Below are positions 56,541 through 64,000 of a DNA stretch of 64,000 nt, piece after piece (the first letter of the stretch is position 1; each line of letters begins with the position of its first letter). The notes under the pieces were generated by a model. It had not been told where the DNA came from, searched no databases, and saw only the letters and a program-made list of their open reading frames with translations. The stretch covers positions 3,583 through 67,582 of IMG/VR virus record IMGVR_UViG_3300032236_001244. One strand, written 5' to 3'. A program made the translations under genes and the position numbers. Origin of the DNA: a virus.

Positions 56541-59500
56541 TTAAATCATACCCTTATTGCTCATGTAGGTGATTGCTCCGGTTTGGAACCTAGCCAGCAT
56601 TTCCCCAAAACTTTCGGTGCGGTTCATTGAGGTGAAGGTTGGCTTTAGCGCCATAAGGCTGGCGTGGATACCTTCCAATTCCTCTCGGGTTGGTGAACCA
56701 AGAAGGTTGAAGTCGGGAACGGGAATGGAATTGTAGAAATCGCTCCCCTTTTCAGGGAAGGCAAACGAATGGTCAATTCCCACCAAAGAGCCATTGGTGG
56801 TTACCATAATGTTTCCGTGGTTGAAAAGTTCGCCGTCCATAAAACGGTCGCCATTTCCAACGAGTTGGTCAAAGAATTGAATTTTGTTAAGGTCGGCTTG
56901 CGCCTCTGGGGTGTCGGGGATTTTCGTTTCGTAGCCCGACTTGCCGTCAATCCATGGTGAAACAATCTTTCTTGATAGCCACGGCTGGTCGGCTGGGGCG
57001 TCGTTGGGTGGGTTTGCGTCAATCGCACCCATGGCTGGAACAAACTGTGCGTCACGGATTGGAATGTCAAGGGCTTTTCCGACTGCTGAAGCAAGAACTT
57101 CGTTTTGGGCTTGGGTCGTGTTGGCTGGGTCACCGTCATTAACATCTGCGCCAGCGATTGTTTTTACGCCAGCCAAAGTGCCGTCTTTCATCTCAACTTT
57201 TTGCCAACCCTCGTTGAACGCACCGCCAAGTTTCAATTTGTTGCCAATCACCTTGGCAACAAGGTTGTCTTTCAGAGCGACAAACTTTCCTTCTTTTGCG
57301 CCGTCCTTGACGGAAGAAGCGAGCCGAGAAATACGATTTGCTTTTGGTGATTGAGACTTGGGCGCTCGTGGCTTGCGATTACCGTTGGGGTTAAAGTTTC
57401 CTTCGGCGTCAATCCATTGGTTTCCGTGAAAAACATGACCCTTTACATCACCCTTTTGAACGAGAGCCTTGGTGAGGGTTTGGTCAATTTTGGCGTTGGT
57501 GATTAATGGGTTTTTGCCCGTTGCTCCGTTCGCTCCGAAGTCCTTTGGGTCAAGCAATGGGGTGCTGTCGTACACGCCCGTCGTGGTGGTTCCTGCGGTA
57601 TCCCAATACGAGGGGTCAATCTTGGTGTAGGTGTTCGCTACCGAAACTTGTGAGCGGTCAAGAACCATGGTGTACTGACCGTATGGCGTGTCACGGGTCA
57701 GGGCAGAAACCCCACACAGCATTGCGGTGGTGTTCATGGTGCTGAGGTACCATGAAGTTTCACGGTTGCCCTTTACATCAAAATTTTTGAAGCCAGCGTC
57801 AGCAAGAAGTTGCTTTACCCCGTCTTGGTTGTAGTCAAAAGTTCGCTCGGCTCGGTCGTAATTCATAATGATTGCGTCTGGCAAAAGTTTCATACGCAAC
57901 ATGGCGTTATCTTCGCCGTTGGCGTATTGACCGGAAACCGAAGGTTCCTGCGAGGTGTAGTAGGCAATTCCGTAATCTCCACCACCAAAATGCGGAACGG
58001 GATTGTACGCAAAATTGGCGACCATGTTCTCTGCGGTGACACCCTCGGCTGGGCGATTAGCACCTGGGTTATTGATTTCTGTGCCAGATGTCAGACCCTG
58101 ATACAAAACGGGGCTGTCAATCTTGCTGAATGCGGAGTTGCTCACAACCTTCGGTACGCCGTTCGCACCACCAAGCATTGCGATAGCCGTGATGTCGGCA
58201 CCACCAAACGAATTGTCACCACCAGCGACCAACTCGGCTCGCAACTTCTCATAGCGTTCGGGGCTGGCGAGGATTTTGGAAAGGTTATTGGTGTAGGTTT
58301 CTACAAATTGGCTGGGAACAAATCCCTCAGCAAAATCACGCACACGCTGACGAAGTTCCGGCGACACGGTTGGCTCACCGCTTTCGCCTTCCTTGTATTG
58401 GTTTCCATGGAATGCGTGTCCAACCTTGTCACCCTTATTGATGAGCGAGTGCTGATAGTCGTATTGCGCCCGACCACCGCCAAAGCACGGGCGAATGTCG
58501 TCCATGGACTTGGAAACGCCGTCCGTGAATGAGAGGGTTGAGGGGTCTGCCCACTGAGGTGATAGGAGCGCACCCTTTTGTTCGGGGAAGCCACCACCGA
58601 GTTGGGTCATGACAGAGTTCTGACCACGGGTAGCGGTAGTCATGGCGAGGCTGGCGAGTGGTGAATACATGGTGGAGTGGGAAGCCCACGCTGCTTCTTC
58701 GCCGTGGCGGTCAAAGTCACGACCTGTCGCTGCGTGACCGAATGCGTCGTGGACGGCTCGGAACTCTTCAATTTCCCGATTGGAAACGAAGGGGTGTCCG
58801 CCCGTGCTATCCGCAGAGAGGACTGAGAGGTGGTGATTGTCAAGAATGTCCTGAGCCATTTCTTGCTCGTTCTTGTACGGGTCGTCCTTTACGACATCAA
58901 CCTTGATACCGAGGGTCTTGGTCAGGTACTCAAACTGCTGATGAGTTTCCTTGGCGAACTGACGGTACGCAGGTCGTGCGCTCTCGTCCAACGACGGCAA
59001 GCCGACATACTCGTTGGCGATTGCCTTGGCTCGTTCGGGGTTCACCTGAACACGGGAATAGTCAATGTCTGGTCGGTTGATACCGTGGAGTTTGGCGTAG
59101 TCCGAGGCTCCCTTGGCGAGGTAGGTGTTTCCGCCCTTGCCACCCGTCCACTGATTTCCATGAAATTCATGTCCGGTTTTGTCGCCCTTGGCGACGACCT
59201 GCTCCTTGGGGATTACTGTCAAATGCTCCGCTGAAGGAACCACGGCGGAAATGTCATTGACAAGATTTCCGTTAGCGTCCACGGTAACGCCTTCGCCCTC
59301 ATTGGAGTAGTAATAGCCATTTTTGGCGTTGCCAGCACTTAGGTTTCGTGTCATTGTGCTGTTGGCACGGTCATCACTAATCGGTGCGAGTGGCGTGTTT
59401 TTCATTGAACCCGTTATAGCCACGGGGAAAAGGTTTGGCTTGCTATCCATTGGGATAGGTGAACCGTCAGAATAAATTGCTCCACGAGAGTTGTACGCCC

Positions 59501-60383
59501 AATTAGGATTTTCGCTCTTGATTTGCTGTACCTGTTCCCATGTGTATTTGTTTCCGTCAGTAATCCATTTTCCGCTTTCGTCTTTGACGGGGTGTAGGTA
59601 ATACGCTGGTTCTGGCAAGCGAGGCTTTCCGTCACCGCCAACAATCATGGTTTTGCCGTACTCTTGGTCGCCGTTCCAATCCTTACCGTCTGCTCGTTTG
59701 CCAATTCGTGCTTCAAGTGCTTCTTTCGCTGCTAGGTACCCACCGACATGAACACCGTAGTTAGCGACCTTCAATCCTGCTTTACCGTTTGGTGAACCGT
59801 GCCAATAAACCTTGTGACTAACTCCGTCAATAATGGTGTATTGATTTCCGTGAAAAGCGTGACCTTCTACATCACCCTTTGACACGCCCGTGGTCGGGTC
59901 GTAGCCGAACTCGTTGATACTGTCGGCGTTGGTGAATACGGTCTTGGCTGGCACCGTCATAGAGATGACCTTGCCACCGCCCACCACATTGCCCTCGGCG
60001 TGGTTTTCGGCGTAGGTCTTAGATAGCGTGACCCAATCTCCGGTGTTGATTGTGTCTACATCTTTGGGAACGCCACGATAAATGGTCACCATTGCGTCGG
60101 GATTTCCCTTGACAGCATTGATAACCTTTAGGCTCTCCCCGTCCGCCTTGTCGTCTCCACCGGAGCCGTAGTAGCGCAATGCCTTGTCGCTGTAAATGTC
60201 TGGTGGGTAGATTTGGTCTAGGGCGTGAAGTGGAGCGCAAAACCCGTCGTTGCTCGGTGCTGAATGGTCACGGCGGTACGAGACATCTTCCGTAGCGTCC
60301 ACGGTCTTGTATTGGTTTCCGTGAAACTCGTGTCCTTCTTTGTCGCCCTTGGTGACCAGACGCAAGATGTTACGGAAATCCAT
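56541..60383 (-). CDS. 1280-aa tagged effector polyprotein: ART-like x2, HDxxGH peptidase-like, ART-like, kinase
   Basis: 5 KGD tags; modules of 157/230/251/327/304 aa after an 11-aa leader. Confidence 0.88.
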   Translation of the reverse strand: MDFRNILRLVTKGDKEGHEFHGNQYKTVDATEDVSYRRDHSAPSNDGFCAPLHALDQIYPPDIYSDKALRYYGSGGDDKADGESLKVINAVKGNPDAMVTIYRGVPKDVDTINTGDWVTLSKTYAENHAEGNVVGGGKVISMTVPAKTVFTNADSINEFGYDPTTGVSKGDVEGHAFHGNQYTIIDGVSHKVYWHGSPNGKAGLKVANYGVHVGGYLAAKEALEARIGKRADGKDWNGDQEYGKTMIVGGDGKPRLPEPAYYLHPVKDESGKWITDGNKYTWEQVQQIKSENPNWAYNSRGAIYSDGSPIPMDSKPNLFPVAITGSMKNTPLAPISDDRANSTMTRNLSAGNAKNGYYYSNEGEGVTVDANGNLVNDISAVVPSAEHLTVIPKEQVVAKGDKTGHEFHGNQWTGGKGGNTYLAKGASDYAKLHGINRPDIDYSRVQVNPERAKAIANEYVGLPSLDESARPAYRQFAKETHQQFEYLTKTLGIKVDVVKDDPYKNEQEMAQDILDNHHLSVLSADSTGGHPFVSNREIEEFRAVHDAFGHAATGRDFDRHGEEAAWASHSTMYSPLASLAMTTATRGQNSVMTQLGGGFPEQKGALLSPQWADPSTLSFTDGVSKSMDDIRPCFGGGRAQYDYQHSLINKGDKVGHAFHGNQYKEGESGEPTVSPELRQRVRDFAEGFVPSQFVETYTNNLSKILASPERYEKLRAELVAGGDNSFGGADITAIAMLGGANGVPKVVSNSAFSKIDSPVLYQGLTSGTEINNPGANRPAEGVTAENMVANFAYNPVPHFGGGDYGIAYYTSQEPSVSGQYANGEDNAMLRMKLLPDAIIMNYDRAERTFDYNQDGVKQLLADAGFKNFDVKGNRETSWYLSTMNTTAMLCGVSALTRDTPYGQYTMVLDRSQVSVANTYTKIDPSYWDTAGTTTTGVYDSTPLLDPKDFGANGATGKNPLITNAKIDQTLTKALVQKGDVKGHVFHGNQWIDAEGNFNPNGNRKPRAPKSQSPKANRISRLASSVKDGAKEGKFVALKDNLVAKVIGNKLKLGGAFNEGWQKVEMKDGTLAGVKTIAGADVNDGDPANTTQAQNEVLASAVGKALDIPIRDAQFVPAMGAIDANPPNDAPADQPWLSRKIVSPWIDGKSGYETKIPDTPEAQADLNKIQFFDQLVGNGDRFMDGELFNHGNIMVTTNGSLVGIDHSFAFPEKGSDFYNSIPVPDFNLLGSPTREELEGIHASLMALKPTFTSMNRTESFGEMLARFQTGAITYMSNKGMI

Positions 60384-60388
60384 GGTGC

Positions 60389-60805
60389 TTATTCCGGCTT
60401 CGGAAAAGTCAGGAAGTAGCCGTTAGACCAATTGTCGCTGAGGGTGCTGAACACGCCTTCGTCCGTCAAACCGGCACGGCGGTAGCGAGTGACAAATGGC
60501 TCCGCACAACCTTCGGCGTTGGTGATTACTCCCTTGGTCAGGGTCACGGAGCCAAGGGGATTGTTAGCGTTCTGAGCGTCCTGTGAGACGAAGATAATGG
60601 TACGGCTGTCGTCAGACTTGGTGATAGTGGGGTCGGACGACAACTTGTCCAGCATGGGGTCGCCACTGCTCAACTTGTCAAGAAAAACCTCGGAAGGCTT
60701 CCATGCGGAGCCGTTCCAAAACTGAGGTGATTTGCCGTCGTAACGGAAGTACGCTAGAGGCTTGTCGCCCTCAAGCGAAGTAAGTTGATAAAAAGTCCAC
60801 GCCAT
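60389..60805 (-). CDS. Two-domain small protein in the effector cluster (untagged)
   Basis: Leaderless TAGGAT-N6-ATG; C-terminal half paralogous to the C-terminus of the RelA-like protein. Confidence 0.75.
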   Translation of the reverse strand: MAWTFYQLTSLEGDKPLAYFRYDGKSPQFWNGSAWKPSEVFLDKLSSGDPMLDKLSSDPTITKSDDSRTIIFVSQDAQNANNPLGSVTLTKGVITNAEGCAEPFVTRYRRAGLTDEGVFSTLSDNWSNGYFLTFPKPE

Positions 60806-60822
60806 TGCTTTATCCTACTCTC

Positions 60823-62664
60823 CTATTTTTGGGGGAATGCGCTACTAAATAGTCTGACGACACCCCGAACATCTCCCTTTTGTACGGGCTTGCCATGCCA
60901 AAGCGGTCTTTGTTCGCTTAGGTCGGAAGTAGGAAATGGGCGCTCCGCAATTGTTCCTTGCTGTTGGGCGTTTCCAAAGTAGCGAACCTCTACGGGTACC
61001 TCTTTCATGCCGAGTTCAACTGCTGCGTCTCGGCGGTGATTTCCCTCAGCAATAACCGGAGTTCCGTCGTAGTCCACGGTGATAAAGATTGGCTCCTTAA
61101 TACCGTTTTTGGCAATGTCCGCTTTAAACTTTTCCCAATCGTCGCCCTTGTACATTCGGTGGTCAAATGGCTTCTCGCCCGAGGCGCCAAGCATGAACTT
61201 GATTGCGTCGGTGGGAATGGTTCCACTTTCGTTGCGAGTGATGTGGTCGTAGCGACCCGTTTTGCCTTCGTAGTCTTTGCCCGTTAGGTGAAAGCCAGCC
61301 CGACCTTCGGTGTACTGATTTCCATGAAACTCATGACCTTCTACATCACCCTTGTAGACCTTGCTTGCGTCGTGGTTCCACGCCCCAAAAGCCGGTTCAA
61401 TTTCGCTAAGTGGCGGTCGGACGCTTTCGGGTATTTCGGAATACCGGACACGATAAGCAGCACCTGCTTGCTTTGAACCGCAGGTATCACCAACTAGTCG
61501 CCAAGAGCCAGCCCGTGCCTCTGGCGTGTTGGGGTCAAAGAATTTGTCCGAGCGAAGCACATTGCCGTTTTTCAAATCACGGAAAAGCCATGCTGTTTTT
61601 GGGTCTATGATTTTTCCGCAGTGAGCGCAAGTTGCTTCAGCCTTTTGCTGTTTGGCTTTGTCAAGATTGCGGTTGTAGAGAACATCATTGAATGTTCCAA
61701 ATTCGCCACCAAATGCGCCACCAACAATTGGATACCGGCTCAGGTCGCCACCAATCCATTGGTTGCCGTGGAACTTATGTCCTTTGACATCACCCTTAAG
61801 AACAGGGGTCTGAGGGGGTAGCGGTGGGATTAGATTGTCTGGGGCAATGACACGAACAGAGACGAGTGCTTGATTGTAATTACGAGCGTTGATGTGGTCA
61901 ATGCTTGTTACTTCCATTTTCAGGTCACGACCAAGCAAGAGTTCCGCTTCGTCCTTAACGCTAACAAATCCACCACCACTGTATGGGCTAGTCGGTCTAA
62001 ATAGTGCTGGCACCCCTTCGGGAATTGTCATGAGCATTTCGGAACTTCTACTGCGCCCGAAAGAAGGCTTTGCGTCTCGCAGTAAATCCCAAGTTCTGTT
62101 GTCGTCTAGGTTGGTTAAACTTTCTTGGAAAAAAAGTTTGGGGTTTAGCGTTGTTGATTGGTAGGCAGGGTCGGTGATAATTTGACCAACCTTTAGGTCA
62201 TTGACATTTATTTGCTTACCGTTTTCGTCCATAAAGGTGTTTCCGGTAAACCGAGCAGCGTAATAGGTTCCGTCAGTTGGTGTTGAGGCGAGTTGCTTAT
62301 CAATTGAGTTAATTTCTTCCGCAACCCCTTCACGCCTATACTCTCCTGAAAAAATGTTGCCTATTGTGCCTGTTTGGTCAAAGTCTGACGCACTTCCATT
62401 GCGAAGCCACCTGTTCAAGGTGTCGTTTCCTATGGCAATGTATTTACTTACATCACTGTTGTAAGGAATTTCCTTCCACCTCGTTGTTTCCATTGCCCTT
62501 TTTTGCGAATTAAGCATTAAATTCATACGATTTCTGGCAATTTTTTCAATGCGTTCTTCTGCTGTTGTTGAACCCGAAATTCCTTCTGTCCACTGATTGC
62601 CATGAAAGGCGTGACCTTGAACATCTCCCTTGGTGATGTTACGAAGAATGGAAGCGAAGTCCAT
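60823..62664 (-). CDS. 613-aa tagged polyprotein: VIP2-like ART, Zn-binding module, ParB/Srx domain
   Basis: 3 tags plus a truncated 4th; N.WLR..R..QSTT..EAELLL; CAHC; GIKEPI...EGNHRR.A. Confidence 0.88.
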   Translation of the reverse strand: MDFASILRNITKGDVQGHAFHGNQWTEGISGSTTAEERIEKIARNRMNLMLNSQKRAMETTRWKEIPYNSDVSKYIAIGNDTLNRWLRNGSASDFDQTGTIGNIFSGEYRREGVAEEINSIDKQLASTPTDGTYYAARFTGNTFMDENGKQINVNDLKVGQIITDPAYQSTTLNPKLFFQESLTNLDDNRTWDLLRDAKPSFGRSRSSEMLMTIPEGVPALFRPTSPYSGGGFVSVKDEAELLLGRDLKMEVTSIDHINARNYNQALVSVRVIAPDNLIPPLPPQTPVLKGDVKGHKFHGNQWIGGDLSRYPIVGGAFGGEFGTFNDVLYNRNLDKAKQQKAEATCAHCGKIIDPKTAWLFRDLKNGNVLRSDKFFDPNTPEARAGSWRLVGDTCGSKQAGAAYRVRYSEIPESVRPPLSEIEPAFGAWNHDASKVYKGDVEGHEFHGNQYTEGRAGFHLTGKDYEGKTGRYDHITRNESGTIPTDAIKFMLGASGEKPFDHRMYKGDDWEKFKADIAKNGIKEPIFITVDYDGTPVIAEGNHRRDAAVELGMKEVPVEVRYFGNAQQQGTIAERPFPTSDLSEQRPLWHGKPVQKGDVRGVVRLFSSAFPQK

Positions 62665-62667
62665 GAC

Positions 62668-63999
62668 CTAGACCGTCCAAGTTTTTGGAGCGTCTACGCA
62701 AAAGTTCTGACCGTCCGACCAACCGTTGAGGCTTTCGTAAATCTCTTGGTCGGTGGTGTCTTGGTTGAGAACCGCCTTGTTCAGACGACGCTCATTGGAA
62801 ACCCAAAACTCTCCGTCGCCCGTGAAGGTGGTGAACTTGCCGTTTTCTAGGGTAGCGGTACCCGTCGCACCGGCTTCGGGGTGTGCGAAGTCGTAGAAGT
62901 AAAGGACTTGTGCTGATTTCTTAACCGAAAGTTTGCCAATGCCCTCAACGCCAGCCGGAATTGGAACCGATTGCCACATGGAAATCATCTTGGCTTGACC
63001 GTCTGCGTACGCTTGCGACGAAGGGTCTAGCAAACGAACCTGCTCGTAAATGGGGTGAACTTCCCCAACCATGGCTTGGCTTTCGGGCGTGTGGAACTGA
63101 ACCTCAAACTTTTGGTTGGTGGTGGTGTCACGGAACACGCAGTTAATCCCACGGTAGGAGTTTTGGGGGTCGTCGTTAAAGAAGTTCTTTACCTTTAGGG
63201 CTTCAAAGCCTTCGGTCTTAAAGTCAGCGAGCGACTTTGCTACTCCTTCACCAAACTTTTCCGTGGGGAATTGAAGGGTGTAGCGAACGGTGTCGCCAAG
63301 ATTTTCTGCTGCTACTTGGAGCGCACCGGACTTGGTGTCAAGGTATTCCGAGGTGTCCTTTTCCAATTTGCGAGCGATAGAGGCTTCGTCTTTCAGCACA
63401 AATTCTGGCTTAATGCGAGTTGCTCCGTACTGCTTACAGGTTTCATCAATTTCTCGTGAGATTTCCGGCTCAGCCTTTTTTGCTCGTTGGTACAAAAGCG
63501 AAGCAAGTTGGCGAGCGTTGCGAGGTGGTGAACTTGGCTTGCCACCCTCTCCCTTACCGCCCGTGTATTGATTGCCGTGGAATTCATGTCCTTCTTTGTC
63601 GCCCTTGGCAACCGGCTTGCGGTACTTACCGCCACGACGCTTGTATTCCTGAACGACCCAACCGTTGGCGACCGCTGAAGGGTAGACATCAAACTTTGCC
63701 TTAGCGTCAGCCTTGACCTTTTCGTAGAGGTCGGTGTCTACCGGCTCACCCTTTTGGTCGCTGATAATGCGCTCGTACTTGTTCTTGGTGACTTCGCTCG
63801 GAGCCTTGCCAGCAGGTGCGCCCGTAGCGTCCATGTGGCGCAGTTGGCAAAAACCTTCGGGATTGTCAAGGTGTTTCCCAGCGATTGCTACGCAAGCGTC
63901 AAAGTCGCCCTCGGAACCCCAATTGATTTGACCGTCGGCACCGTCGTTGTACCACTGAATGAGAGCCTCGGCATTGCCAGCCTTGTGGATTTCAACCTC
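62668..63999 (-). CDS. Multidomain protein with tagged RelA/SpoT-like (small alarmone synthetase-type) domain; 5' end outside the window
   Basis: Frame is open to the window edge (EVEIHKAGNAEALIQW...); K..SIARK, DTVRY, YRGIN, EVQFHT; upstream WG..GDF..C and YPSA.AN..VV.EYK..GG.Y domains. Confidence 0.85.
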   Translation of the reverse strand, partial: EVEIHKAGNAEALIQWYNDGADGQINWGSEGDFDACVAIAGKHLDNPEGFCQLRHMDATGAPAGKAPSEVTKNKYERIISDQKGEPVDTDLYEKVKADAKAKFDVYPSAVANGWVVQEYKRRGGKYRKPVAKGDKEGHEFHGNQYTGGKGEGGKPSSPPRNARQLASLLYQRAKKAEPEISREIDETCKQYGATRIKPEFVLKDEASIARKLEKDTSEYLDTKSGALQVAAENLGDTVRYTLQFPTEKFGEGVAKSLADFKTEGFEALKVKNFFNDDPQNSYRGINCVFRDTTTNQKFEVQFHTPESQAMVGEVHPIYEQVRLLDPSSQAYADGQAKMISMWQSVPIPAGVEGIGKLSVKKSAQVLYFYDFAHPEAGATGTATLENGKFTTFTGDGEFWVSNERRLNKAVLNQDTTDQEIYESLNGWSDGQNFCVDAPKTWTV

Positions 64000-64000
64000 A

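Larger units (their letters stand above)
50284..63606 (-). repeat. Dispersed 42-bp/14-aa coding repeat KGDxxGHxFHGNQ[YW] (17 intact copies in this span)
   Basis: Lys codon starts at 63606, 62631, 61797, 61353, (60879 truncated), 60350, 59879, 59189, 58436, 57455, 55704, 55137, 54600, 54072, 53232, 52476, 51471, 50325; further copies at 45813, 45166, 6857. Confidence 0.97.

Noticed and set aside
50284-63606. Tag repeats as a CRISPR array or DNA-level repeat element
   Set aside because: Spacing is hundreds of bp, always in frame, and synonymous positions vary, so conservation is at the protein level.
12028-63931. Numerous + strand and alternate-frame ORFs overlapping large - strand genes
   Set aside because: No motifs or initiation signals, and they are fully nested in well-supported genes.
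1-64000. tRNA/rRNA genes, integrase, terminase, portal
   Set aside because: None recognisable; packaging genes probably lie beyond the right edge, so lifestyle cannot be called.

Overview
The window is a 64-kb piece of a tailed dsDNA phage (siphovirus-like). The host is probably an Actinobacterium, inferred from an Rpf domain, many leaderless TAnnnT promoters and actinophage-type tail genes. Almost all genes are on the - strand. From the right end it carries: a ~16-kb head-associated cluster of polyproteins ending in a MuF protein; small accessory genes (Rpf, LexA-like wHTH, PD-(D/E)xK nuclease); scaffold, decoration and major capsid genes; a nucleotide-metabolism insert; head-tail and tail genes (two tail-tube paralogs, a frameshifted chaperone, tape measure, a 3416-aa tail protein); a holin; Gam/Sak4/initiator replication genes with an iteron origin; and an SNF2 helicase containing a Gly-starting class-3 intein. 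The main unexplained signal is a peptide tag, [VIL]-x-K-G-D-x-x-G-H-x-F-[HR]-G-N-Q-[YW], present 20 times (plus one broken copy) in 7 genes. It sits at the boundaries between unrelated toxin/effector-like domains: about 10 ADP-ribosyltransferase-like folds, HipA/PI3-4K-like kinases, GNATs, zincins, ParB/Srx and RelA/SpoT. It also heads three stand-alone genes elsewhere. I infer a modular tag-and-cleave system that loads effectors into the capsid. All domain calls come from motif recognition by eye; no database searches were run.
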